A stretch of 62,972 nt of DNA from contig CAVYHW010000111.1 of assembly GCA_963768215.1 (NCBI GenBank), forward strand, positions 1-62,972, read 5' to 3'. The stretch's first letter is position 1. Each line of letters begins with the position of its first letter. Shown one piece after another: positions 11,307 to 21,087 of the stretch. A program made the position numbers and the translations under genes. Source of the stretch: an uncultured Gammaproteobacteria bacterium (GTDB lineage Bacteria; Pseudomonadota; Gammaproteobacteria; SZUA-229). The notes under the pieces were generated by a model. That model had not been told where the DNA came from, did no database searches, and saw only the letters and a program-made list of their open reading frames with translations.

Positions 11307-12167
11307 ATGGACTTACAGAACATCCGTGCTTTTTTGATGGTGGCGGAAACCAGGTCATTTTCCCGTGCCGCAGAAAAACTGTTTATAACACAACCTGCCA
11401 TCAGCAAGCGCATATCCACCCTGGAATCCGCTCTTGACTGCCGATTATTTGACCGTTTGGGAAAAAACATCCAGCTCACGCAGGCAGGCGAAGCGCTAAT
11501 CCCAGGCTATCAGCGCATACTGGCCGAGATTAACGAGAGCGAACGCATTATCAGCACCTTAAGAACACAGGTAAGCGGTCACCTGAGATTCGGCACCAGT
11601 CATCATATCGGCTTGCATCGCCTGCCACCCGTACTGCGTCAGTACACGAAACAATATCCTGATGTCGAACTGGATATCCAGTTTATGGATTCTGAACAGG
11701 CCGCTGCATTAATTTTAAAAGGAAACCTCGAACTCGCACTGATCACCCTGCCGGATACCATTGAAAAACCACTGGCTACCCTTCCGGTTTGGGATGACCC
11801 AATGAAATGCGTCGTTGCCAGTGACCATGTTCTGGCAGGCCAAAAAACGGTAACAAGAAAACAGCTAAGCAATCACGGCGTGCTATTACAATCACACAGC
11901 ACGCACACGCGTGACATTATTGATAATGCCTTAAAACTGAATCCAGGCATTAAAGTCATCATGGAATCAAATTATCTTGAAACTATCAAGGCCATGATTC
12001 AAAACGGTTTAGGCTGGGGCGTGCTTCCCGAATCAATGATTGACGGCTCTTTACACGAATTAACAATAAAAGGTGTGAAGATGGAAAGACGCCTGGGGGT
12101 TTTATTGCATGCATCAAGGACATTATCGAGTCCAGCTAATGCACTGATTGAAACATTGAAAGATTAA
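11307..12167 (+). CDS. LysR-family transcriptional regulator divergent from leuC
   Basis: SFSRAAEKLFITQPAISKRISTLE HTH, LTQAGE, substrate-binding domain. Confidence 0.95.
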   Translation: MDLQNIRAFLMVAETRSFSRAAEKLFITQPAISKRISTLESALDCRLFDRLGKNIQLTQAGEALIPGYQRILAEINESERIISTLRTQVSGHLRFGTSHHIGLHRLPPVLRQYTKQYPDVELDIQFMDSEQAAALILKGNLELALITLPDTIEKPLATLPVWDDPMKCVVASDHVLAGQKTVTRKQLSNHGVLLQSHSTHTRDIIDNALKLNPGIKVIMESNYLETIKAMIQNGLGWGVLPESMIDGSLHELTIKGVKMERRLGVLLHASRTLSSPANALIETLKD

Positions 12168-12173
12168 GCACCT

Positions 12174-12495
12174 TAGGATGTGGTGAGGCACGAACCGCAT
12201 CTTTATGAAGGCCGTGATAAATCTTTGCTGTTCAACGACGGTTTGTGGGTATTGCCTGCAACGTACCTTATGCAGGCTATGTTCCATGTCCGCAAATAAC
12301 ACAAATATAAGCTTTTTTATTTTTATGTCATTGCGAGAAACGAAGCAATCTCTTAACCATGTATACCGTATCACGAGATTGCTTCGTTTCTCGCAATGAC
12401 CTAACCGTATATTTATTTTTTTGCGTTATTTGCGTGCTTCGCGGACTCATGCTTTTTAACACGCTTGATGCGGTTCGTGCCTCACCACATCCTAC
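12174..12495. repeat. Nested REP-like cluster: GTAG-type inverted pair enclosing a GTCATTGCGAG hairpin
   Basis: Perfect 28-bp IR 12174-12201/12467-12494; perfect 26-bp IR 12327-12352/12375-12400; half of a CGCAAAG-type arm at ~12418-12444. Confidence 0.85.
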
Positions 12496-12532
12496 GGCCC
12501 TGGCATTGACTCCAACCCCGAGTTGCATAGAC

Positions 12533-13480
12533 TCACGCAAGCATTGCCCGCACTACCACCGGCCAGGCCAGTGATATGTTTTCCATATTATAACCTCCGC
12601 CGCCCAGCGCAATAATTCTGCCATCACAATATTCATCGGCGATTCTGCATAAACTTTCGGCAGCATGTTGATAGGATTTCTGTGAGTACTCCAGATGCGT
12701 AATCGGATCGCCTTTCATGCTGTCTGCACCGCACTGTAAAATGATGAATTCCGGCTCGATGGACCGAATAAAGGTTTCAGCTTCAGACCATAACTTTATA
12801 AAATCATCATCTTTGGCCTTTTTAGGCATGGGGAAATTCATCATGGTGCCTTTTGCCGGGCCGGTGCCTATTTCATCGGCATCACCTGTGCCAGGGTAAA
12901 GAAAACGTCCGTCTTCGTGAAAATCAACCACAAATACCTGGCTATCGCTTTCGTAGTTGTAGAACACGCCATCGCCATGATGGGCATCAATATCAACGTA
13001 TAAAATTTTCTGCAATTGATACTTGTTGCGTAAATGCTCTATGGCGATAGCACAATCATTGAAAACGCAGAAACCGCTGCAATGATCACGGAATCCATGA
13101 TGAAGACCGGCAATAGGTACAAAACCCCGCCGAAACTGCCTGTCCATAATCTTATCGACCATGTCGAGCACCGAACCCACCACGGTTGAAGCCGCTTCAA
13201 AAATACCTTTGCGGGCGGGGGTATCACCATGATCCAGATATCCAGTACCTGATTCGGACCCCTGTTTTATCTTTTCGATAAATTCTGCGGAATGAAAACT
13301 TCGAAGACTTCGTAAATCACACAAAACAGGGTCCAGCCATGCAACCTGCGATGTCAATCCCAGCCTGTCCATGCCATCCAGAAAAGCCTGATGTCGGTGC
13401 GGACCGAACGCGTGATCCTCTCCAAAATGGTAATCTGCCAACGGATCACCGGCAATAATGGCAATTGATGAATCTGACAT
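12533..13480 (-). CDS. Zn-dependent deacetylase (AcuC/HDAC family)
   Basis: AGLHHG, SGFCVFND, YVDIDAHHGDG, QCGADS, GGGGY. Confidence 0.92.
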   Translation of the reverse strand: MSDSSIAIIAGDPLADYHFGEDHAFGPHRHQAFLDGMDRLGLTSQVAWLDPVLCDLRSLRSFHSAEFIEKIKQGSESGTGYLDHGDTPARKGIFEAASTVVGSVLDMVDKIMDRQFRRGFVPIAGLHHGFRDHCSGFCVFNDCAIAIEHLRNKYQLQKILYVDIDAHHGDGVFYNYESDSQVFVVDFHEDGRFLYPGTGDADEIGTGPAKGTMMNFPMPKKAKDDDFIKLWSEAETFIRSIEPEFIILQCGADSMKGDPITHLEYSQKSYQHAAESLCRIADEYCDGRIIALGGGGYNMENISLAWPVVVRAMLA

Positions 13481-13601
13481 ATTGAAATACAAAACAAAAA
13501 CTTAATATAAGTCAAAACATTACACTATAATAAGAAAAAATACTTGAAAATATTTACTATCAAACATATATTGGTAATTAGTTATATACGGTATTTGGAC
13601 T

Positions 13602-14240
13602 ATGCAAGCAGATTTTTTGTCAGAACTTGAATTCGAATTTTCCCTGAAACCTTCAGACATTGAAGAGTTCAGCCATTTCCTGGTTGACTTCAAAGGTAAG
13701 GCCGTCCACTGGGATGATGAAGGAGAGGAAAAGATAGTTGCCAGGCTGAAAGGTCATCGGCTGGACATTGCCAGCGCTCGCAAATCATTTGATGATTTAC
13801 AGGAGTTATTTGATTCCATTTCTCCAGAAATTTCAGACCTGGGTTCTCATATTATTTCTGACAATAACTGCTTCGTTGAATCTTTCAGCAAAGACGAACC
13901 TGAAAGAACACCTTGCGGCAGCCTGGTTTATATCGATGAGCTGGTCGTAGACCCGAACTTCAGAAATCGTAGTATCGGTACGGAAATGCTAAAGCGTATG
14001 AGTGAGGTTGTGGATTTGAACAAAACGCTGGTCGCATTGAAGGCTTATCCGATCATTAATGACGAAACTGAAGAACGCACTCCTGAACTTAAAAAACAGC
14101 TCAAGCATTTTTACAGCAAGCTGGGGTTCCGCCACTCTGGCGAGCACTATATGGTGAAAGATGCACGGGACTGTTATGCTCAGCGTATGCGTGCTCTTGC
14201 AGAAGAGGATATAGAGCAACCACGATATGCAGCTAACTGA
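13602..14240 (+). CDS. GNAT-fold acetyltransferase-like protein
   Basis: YIDELVVDPNFRNRSIGTEML (motif A) and HFYSKLGF. Confidence 0.7.
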   Translation: MQADFLSELEFEFSLKPSDIEEFSHFLVDFKGKAVHWDDEGEEKIVARLKGHRLDIASARKSFDDLQELFDSISPEISDLGSHIISDNNCFVESFSKDEPERTPCGSLVYIDELVVDPNFRNRSIGTEMLKRMSEVVDLNKTLVALKAYPIINDETEERTPELKKQLKHFYSKLGFRHSGEHYMVKDARDCYAQRMRALAEEDIEQPRYAAN

Positions 14241-14297
14241 ATAACAGCTGGCAGGGATTGTCTACGGAAACCGCCTGAAAACAGAAAACATGTTTAT

Positions 14298-15443
14298 TCA
14301 ATCTGGTACCTGAACAAATCTCCAGACGATAGCCATCGCCAGCAAGGTACAACACGAAGCAAATACAAACAAAACACTCGCACCCCACTGGTCCCAAACC
14401 ACACCGCTCACCAGACTGCCAGCAGCAACACCAGCGCCATAACTTGTGCTTGAGTATATGGCCTGTCCCCTGCCCTGATGGCTGCCCGTAAAGTATTCAT
14501 GCACCAGTGATATCCCTACTGCATGGAAAACACCAAAAGAAAAAGCATGAATAAGTTGAGCGAAGAATAACATTGATAAATCGCTAACAAAAAAGCCAAT
14601 GATTAACCATCGCAGTGTCGTTAATAACAAGGTAACTATTAGTAGCTTGCGTGCACCAAACACAGGTAACAAACGATGCATGAGTAAAAAAATAATAACT
14701 TCGGCCAGAACACCCACTGCCCATAACACACCAATCATATATGAACTATATCCCTGCTCCTGCAGATAAATAGTATAAAAAGTGTAGTAGGGGCCGTGGC
14801 TGCACAACATTAAAAAACACACGGCAAGAAATGCCAGCACCTTTGGCTGTTTAATAACAGACCAGATGGGCGAGTATTCCACATGAGGTGCATTCAATTT
14901 TTCCGGTACGATTAAACTGCTTAAGGAAATACAAATAAAAGAAACCAGAACAACCAGCGGCACAAGGTCGGTTTCATAGTGTTGCAGCAAATCGCCAATT
15001 AACACAACGATAACAATAAATCCCAGCGAGCCCCACAAACGGACCATACTGTAATGGTGCGTATCATCACCAAGATGGTTCAGTGTTATCGCTTCAAACT
15101 GGGGCAATATGGCATTCCAGAAAAAACTGAATAGCAACATGGTAAAGCCAAGCCACCAAAGCTGCTGACTGACAAACACCAGTGAAAAACTCAGCAAAGC
15201 AAGCACACTGGTGACACGAATAATAAACATGGAACGGCGTGTATAATCTGCAAGCCAGCCACAGATATATGGTGCGACAAGTTTGCTTGCAGGCAGAATG
15301 GCGACAAGGCTGCCAATGGCGAGACTGTTAAAACCGAGGGACTTTAGATATAAACTCCAGTAAGGAATCAGTACGCCAAGTGAGGCAAAGTAAAAGAAAT
15401 AAAACCCACTGAGCCGCCAGTACGGGACACCCTGTTTGACCAT
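14298..15443 (-). CDS. MFS transporter
   Basis: About 12 hydrophobic segments, GWLADYTRR loop motif, RLWGSLGF; downstream of aroC. Confidence 0.9.
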   Translation of the reverse strand: MVKQGVPYWRLSGFYFFYFASLGVLIPYWSLYLKSLGFNSLAIGSLVAILPASKLVAPYICGWLADYTRRSMFIIRVTSVLALLSFSLVFVSQQLWWLGFTMLLFSFFWNAILPQFEAITLNHLGDDTHHYSMVRLWGSLGFIVIVVLIGDLLQHYETDLVPLVVLVSFICISLSSLIVPEKLNAPHVEYSPIWSVIKQPKVLAFLAVCFLMLCSHGPYYTFYTIYLQEQGYSSYMIGVLWAVGVLAEVIIFLLMHRLLPVFGARKLLIVTLLLTTLRWLIIGFFVSDLSMLFFAQLIHAFSFGVFHAVGISLVHEYFTGSHQGRGQAIYSSTSYGAGVAAGSLVSGVVWDQWGASVLFVFASCCTLLAMAIVWRFVQVPD

Positions 15444-15453
15444 TGTTTAAAAA

Positions 15454-16551
15454 TCAGCTGTGTGACGGAATGATAGGTGTCTGTGAATGCACGTCTGTAT
15501 TCTGGCCACGCTGGCGCAATAGATGATCACATAACACTATCGCCAGCATTGCTTCACATATTGGCGTTGCACGAATCGCAACACAGGGGTCATGTCGGCC
15601 ATGCGTTACAACATCTACAGCATGCCCTGTTACATCCACCGTATTACCCGAAAGTCGAATACTGGATGTTGGTTTAAATGCGGTGTGCGCAACAATGTCC
15701 TGACCTGAAGATATCCCGCCGAGGACACCACCAGCATGATTACTGTTAAAACCCTGCGGTGTTATCTCATCACGAAACTCACTACCTTTGGCTTCTACAC
15801 AGCCAAAACCGTCACCGACTTCGACACCTTTAGCAGCATTAATTCCCATCATGGCATGCGCTATGTCCGCATCGAGACGATCAAACACAGGCTCACCTAA
15901 ACCCGGCGGAACACCCCGAGCAACAACCGTGATTTTACCGCCGACTGAATTGCCTCCTTTACGCAGCGCGTCCATATAAGCTTCAAGTTCAGAGACCAGC
16001 GAAGCATCACCACAGAAAAACGCATTATTGTTGATTTCATCCTTATCTAACATGGGCATTTTTATAGGGCCGAGTTGAGACATGTAACCGTATATTTCTA
16101 TGCCGTAGCGGTCTTTGAGGAATTTTTTGGCGATGCCGCCACCTGCCACACGCATTGCCGTTTCACGTGCAGAAGAGCGGCCACCGCCACGATAATCACG
16201 AATACCGTATTTCTGCTGATAGGTATAATCGGCATGACCGGGGCGAAAACGGTCCATGATATTGCCGTAATCTTTAGAACGCTGATCAGTGTTTTCAATC
16301 AGCAAACCAATACTTGTTCCCGTGGTTTTGCCTTCAAATACTCCTGAATATATTTTTACTTTATCTTCTTCACGACGCTGTGTGGTATGACGGGAAGTAC
16401 CCGGCTTGCGTCGATCAAGGTCTATTTGCAAGTCCGATTCACTTAATTCAATACCCGGCGGGCATCCATCAATGATACCTATCAGACCCGCACCGTGAGA
16501 TTCACCTGCAGTAGTTAAACTGAACAGCTTTCCTATTGTATTACCTGACAT
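15454..16551 (-). CDS. aroC: Chorismate synthase
   Basis: [39 protein letters not shown]. Confidence 0.98.
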   Translation of the reverse strand: MSGNTIGKLFSLTTAGESHGAGLIGIIDGCPPGIELSESDLQIDLDRRKPGTSRHTTQRREEDKVKIYSGVFEGKTTGTSIGLLIENTDQRSKDYGNIMDRFRPGHADYTYQQKYGIRDYRGGGRSSARETAMRVAGGGIAKKFLKDRYGIEIYGYMSQLGPIKMPMLDKDEINNNAFFCGDASLVSELEAYMDALRKGGNSVGGKITVVARGVPPGLGEPVFDRLDADIAHAMMGINAAKGVEVGDGFGCVEAKGSEFRDEITPQGFNSNHAGGVLGGISSGQDIVAHTAFKPTSSIRLSGNTVDVTGHAVDVVTHGRHDPCVAIRATPICEAMLAIVLCDHLLRQRGQNTDVHSQTPIIPSHS

Positions 16552-16605
16552 AAGATAAACTTCTTTATTATTCTTAACAATGTGAGACTTAGCATTTTAG
16601 CATCG

Positions 16606-16911
16606 TGTTAATGGCGTAGCCTGTGTGTTATCAGGACGCTTTATTACATCCATGTAAGCTCTACTGCAACGTCCTTTTGCAGAGGCCTGATATCACACAG
16701 GCTACGCCATTAACAAATAACCGATAGTGCGCTTAGCTGAATATTAACACGGCTTTAACAATTCGGTATTAAACATTAACAGATGATATTGCTCAGCGAA
16801 TTATTTTAGAAGGGAGCGGGTTGTGTGTTATAAGGCTTCTGCAACAGGACGTTGCAGTAGAGCTTACATGGATGTATTCACGCGACCTTATAACACAGAA
16901 CCCGCTCCCTT
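16606..16911. repeat. Pair of REP-like hairpin elements (TACATCCATGTAAGCTC core) in inverted orientation
   Basis: Hairpins 16606-16715 and 16810-16911; their 31-bp cores 16645-16675 and 16846-16876 are exact reverse complements. Confidence 0.8.
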
Positions 16912-16942
16912 GCCCCGAACTCGCTGAGCCCTTGCCTTAATA

Positions 16943-17879
16943 TTAACGATTAAGCACACGTTCAAAATCGGCCTGATGTTTTGCCAGCTGCTCTGCTGTC
17001 AGCACAAACACGCCATCACCGCCAAACTCAAAATCCACCCAGAAAAATGGCACATCAGGTAAAGCCGCTTCCAGCGCCGGTTTTGAATAACCCACTTCAA
17101 CCACCAGTATGCCATCATCCGTTAAATAATCCCTTGCCTGGTGACAGCATAGGCAACACAATATCAAGACCCTGCTCACCAGCAGCCAGCGCCAACCGAC
17201 CCGGTTCAAAATCAAATTCCGCAGACAGCTGCGCCATCTCCCGTTCTGACACATACGGCGGGTTACTTACGATGATGTCATAACGTTTGTCCGGGATTGA
17301 TTCAAACAGGTTTGACTGTATCAGTTCCAGCCTGTCTTCCAGGCCATGGTTCTGGCGATTAATTTCGGCCACCGCCAGCGCATCTACAGAAATATCACTG
17401 GCATCAACTTCTGCCTGTTCGAAAGCATAAGCACAGGCAATAGCGATACAGCCACTGCCGGTACACAAATCCAGAATCGTATTTACCTGATCGGCAAATA
17501 TCCATGGTGAAAACTGGTGCTGGACAATTTCAGCTAGAGGTGAACGAGGAATAAGTACACGCTCATCAACATAAAAACTTAAACCTGCAAACCAGGCCTC
17601 ATTGGTGATGTAGGCAGATGGTTTATGCAATTCGATTCGCTGCTCATATAAACTCAATACATGCAAACGTTCATCCATTGTTAGCACACAGTCAAAATAT
17701 TCCTCACTGAAATCAGGCGGCAGGTGTATTGCACTCAAACACAGATAAACAGCTTCGTCTATCGCTGTTGGCATGCCCTGAAAAAAGCCCAGGCCTGCTG
17801 CATTAAACTGACTGGCGCCCCAGCGGATTAAATCACGCAGCGTAACCAGATCATTGGCAATTTCACGTTTATTTATCAT
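16943..17879 (-). pseudogene. prmB: 50S ribosomal protein L3 glutamine methyltransferase, interrupted by one extra base near 17144 (probably a sequence error)
   Basis: VLIPRSP, ILDLCTGSGCIA, IVSNPPY; the reading ATG CTG T CAC CAG GCA joins ...IVLPML to HQARDYLTDDGILVVEVG; prmB-aroC synteny. Confidence 0.9.
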
Positions 17880-18031
17880 CGCTATATTGTACACAAAAAG
17901 CCGTCTTCCATGCCTGATACTCCAATACAAAGCTATTGGAGTACTAGCTGAAAGCGATTATAATAAAGCACTCCATCATTGTAGTCATTCTTCCTGAGAC
18001 ACTTCGTAAAACCTGTCCCATATATCATGTT

Positions 18032-18487
18032 ATGAAAAGTAAAAGACTTACAGCGCTCATTTTGATTATTTCAGCTTTTAGCAACCCGGTATTTGCTGAT
18101 ATAACAAACCATGAGAACAAGCTGCTTATAGAAAATGCCTGGATTGCAGAAGCGCCACCCGTCAGCAAAGTCATGGTAGCTTATCTGACATTAATAAACG
18201 CTGGCCCGAATGCCATTGAAATTATTCGCGCCGAATCCGATTTATACAGCAGCATTGAAATTCATGAAACCATACACAAAGATGGCATGGCCAGTATGGT
18301 TCGCCATGATAGTTTAATCATTGCTGCAAATAATAAACTTGAATTAAAGCCCGGTGGCCCACATCTTATGTTATTCAATCCAGCTAAACGGTTAAAGGCT
18401 GGAGATGTGGTAACTATTACATTCACAGCAAACAACAATACAACTAAAACAGTTTCTGTCCCTGTAAAAAAACATATTCATCACTAA
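18032..18487 (+). CDS. Periplasmic copper chaperone PCu(A)C family
   Basis: Signal peptide; EIHET...GMASM...LKPGGPHLML motif. Confidence 0.9.
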   Translation: MKSKRLTALILIISAFSNPVFADITNHENKLLIENAWIAEAPPVSKVMVAYLTLINAGPNAIEIIRAESDLYSSIEIHETIHKDGMASMVRHDSLIIAANNKLELKPGGPHLMLFNPAKRLKAGDVVTITFTANNNTTKTVSVPVKKHIHH

Positions 18488-18497
18488 AACAAAATCC

Positions 18498-19358
18498 ATG
18501 AAACAGAAACTGCTTGCATCACTATTTTATATTCTTCCGCATCATGCTATTAGCTGGGTAATGTTCAAAACTGCCCGCATTCGCTGGACACCGCTGAAAA
18601 ACTTCATCATCCGAATCTATACCGATTTAAACCCGGTAAAAATGCATGAAGCTATTGAAGAAGACATGTTTGCTTATGATTCTCTTAATGCATTTTTTAC
18701 ACGTGCATTAAAGGCAGAATGCCGCCCTTTTGATAACAACGAAAAAAACTGGTTATGCCCGGTTGATGGTTTTGTGAGCCAGGCCCGGTCGATCAAAGAT
18801 GGCCGTATTTTTCAGGCAAAAAACCATGACTACAGCCTGCTGGAACTGGTCGGTGGCGATAAAAAACTGCAAGACATATTCAGCAATGGGCAGTTTGCCA
18901 CATTGTATTTATCACCCAGAGATTATCACCGTATCCATATGCCCACTACCGGCAGGCTGCAACAAATGTTATATATTCCCGGCAGGCTATTTAGCGTTGC
19001 GCCATTTACGGTAAACCATATTCCGCGACTATTTGCGCGTAATGAACGTTGTGTCTGTTATTTTGAAACCGAGCAAGGACCGATGGCGATGATACTGGTT
19101 GGCGCAATAAATGTTTCTGCCATAGAAACAGTCTGGCATGGATTAATCACGGGTGAAGCTAAAAAAATCAAAAATTTTGATTACAGTGATAAAAGTATTG
19201 AGCTTAAACGTGGTGAAGAGATGGGACGGTTTAACCTGGGTTCAACCGTGATCGTTTTAACCACTGATCAAATGAAAATAGATGAAAAAATTATTGCTGA
19301 TACCGAAATAAAACTTGGTCAGTGTCTGGCATTGCCTAACTCAACAATTACGGACTGA
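18498..19358 (+). CDS. psd: Phosphatidylserine decarboxylase proenzyme
   Basis: NAFFTRALK, YLSPRDYHRIHMP, RFNLGSTVI autocleavage motif. Confidence 0.95.
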   Translation: MKQKLLASLFYILPHHAISWVMFKTARIRWTPLKNFIIRIYTDLNPVKMHEAIEEDMFAYDSLNAFFTRALKAECRPFDNNEKNWLCPVDGFVSQARSIKDGRIFQAKNHDYSLLELVGGDKKLQDIFSNGQFATLYLSPRDYHRIHMPTTGRLQQMLYIPGRLFSVAPFTVNHIPRLFARNERCVCYFETEQGPMAMILVGAINVSAIETVWHGLITGEAKKIKNFDYSDKSIELKRGEEMGRFNLGSTVIVLTTDQMKIDEKIIADTEIKLGQCLALPNSTITD

Positions 19359-19390
19359 AAGTCATCCTCATTGCCATAACCCATATTTTT

Positions 19391-19470
19391 TCTCGCAAAG
19401 GTGCAAAGATCGCCAGGAAAAAAACAATGATATTAGAGTATTTCTTTGCGAGCTTTGCACCTTTGCGAGA
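19391..19470. repeat. Periodic palindromic intergenic element (CGCAAAG family) between convergent genes
   Basis: tctcgcaaaggtgcaaagatcgcc ... tttgcgagctttgcacctttgcgaga. Confidence 0.8.
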
Positions 19471-19508
19471 GTAAAATACATCAATACAGCACTCACACAG
19501 CTGGAAAC

Positions 19509-21047
19509 TTATACACCACTTTCTGCTTTAACAGTTTTCAGAGCATCAATAGCTGTGTCCTGCTGAGCATTCATATTTTCCTGTTGTGTTTGCTCACCGG
19601 ATGGTTTGGTGTAACGATCATTCATGGTCTGAATAAACGCACAGGAGTCTGCTGTTACCTGGGCCAGCGCTCTTTTTGAGCGCATTGACCAGCCAACAGG
19701 CATCGGCCTGAACATACTTCGTAATGGCTGTGTATTTTTAAGGAATGCCTTTCTTATATTGCCAGCAAGAATTTTGCCTTCACGGTATTCTCCTGCAATA
19801 TTTTTATCAATCTTAATTTTTGTATCTATTTTATTTGCAATTATTTTTGCCGAAAAAGCGCGTATGAAAAAATGCACTACGGTAAAGCCAAGCACAGTAA
19901 GACCTAATTTAACTGAAGAGAGTATATTGTCATTAGCAAAATCGTATGAAAACAATGCCCACGAATCAAACCATTGGCTAAGTACTAATAAAACAATCAC
20001 AAATAATGCAATGGCCGATGCATCCAGAACCAGCACCATTTTCAACCATTTCATCATTGCAGCTTTAACAACCGGTACTACCTGGCTTTCTATATCGCTG
20101 GCAATAGTCTGCAAGGCGCCTACTATTCGATAAGAGCGCTCTACTTCCACCTGATGAATACGCTCAAAAATTGCAGCCCTGTCCTGGGCGCATTTATTTT
20201 CAAAACGCTGACGCACCGCTTCATCTGCAATAGGTACAGCAACATCCAGGTTATAAATAGAATAAAAACGCCCGGCGGTCAGGCCTTTTGCAGCAAGCGC
20301 ACGTTGCCATGAAGCGACTACGGCCTCGGGATTGTCTTCCTGTGCCGCTGTATCAATCTGATTAAGAATATACAGGAACTTTTCTGAATCACTGCGGGTG
20401 ATGGTATTGCCAACCAGGTGGTCCAGAGTGTCCTGCATTGCACCCGGTTCAGGATGCCTGGCATCAAAAAATACCAGCACTAAATCTGACAGATCAACAA
20501 TATGATCGGTCAAGCGTAAGATTGCGTTGCGTTGTTCATCAGCGTCAAAACCGGGAGAATCAATAAGAATTTTTCCACTTAATTTATCTGAGTGTGATGT
20601 TTTCATCTGCAGATAAGCATCGATGCGCCGCCCTTCTCCACTGGCGACTTTATCTATTTCATCGCTCATCTGGTAAAACGGAAATCTTGGATCTGAGTTT
20701 AGTGCAACGCCAGGGAGGACGCGATGGTCCTTACTGCTGCTGTAAGTAACGACAGTAAACTTGTCATCCACCGCCTGGTTTCCGGTAAGCTGTAATTGAT
20801 CACCCAGAAAGTTATTGATAAATGAAGACTTGCCTGCGGAAAAGGTACCCAGCACAGACACCAGGGGCCACCACGGAATACTTGTTGCGTAGGATTCACT
20901 GCTATCCAGCAAACCCATTTTATAAGCAACGGTATCGAGTTTTTTAAATCGTGAAACTACGTCAACCAATAATGGATTCTCATTATTTAAATGGGTTTCC
21001 AGTTTGTTTAAACGTTCTCGAATGGATTTATCCGGACGATTTAACAT
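19509..21047 (-). CDS. Dynamin/EHD-like P-loop NTPase with two C-terminal TM segments
   Basis: G1 GTFSAGKSS, G3 LIDSPG, G4-like LNQID; hydrophobic segments VLVLDASAIALFVIVLLVL and LGLTVLGFTVVHFFI. Confidence 0.85.
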   Translation of the reverse strand: MLNRPDKSIRERLNKLETHLNNENPLLVDVVSRFKKLDTVAYKMGLLDSSESYATSIPWWPLVSVLGTFSAGKSSFINNFLGDQLQLTGNQAVDDKFTVVTYSSSKDHRVLPGVALNSDPRFPFYQMSDEIDKVASGEGRRIDAYLQMKTSHSDKLSGKILIDSPGFDADEQRNAILRLTDHIVDLSDLVLVFFDARHPEPGAMQDTLDHLVGNTITRSDSEKFLYILNQIDTAAQEDNPEAVVASWQRALAAKGLTAGRFYSIYNLDVAVPIADEAVRQRFENKCAQDRAAIFERIHQVEVERSYRIVGALQTIASDIESQVVPVVKAAMMKWLKMVLVLDASAIALFVIVLLVLSQWFDSWALFSYDFANDNILSSVKLGLTVLGFTVVHFFIRAFSAKIIANKIDTKIKIDKNIAGEYREGKILAGNIRKAFLKNTQPLRSMFRPMPVGWSMRSKRALAQVTADSCAFIQTMNDRYTKPSGEQTQQENMNAQQDTAIDALKTVKAESGV

Positions 21048-21087
21048 TTCAGTATATTTTCCTTCCTGTTAGGAATTAATTAACTAC

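Noticed and set aside
17115-17254. Programmed frameshift in prmB
   Set aside because: No slippery sequence at the shift, and the same single-base insertion pattern occurs in kefC
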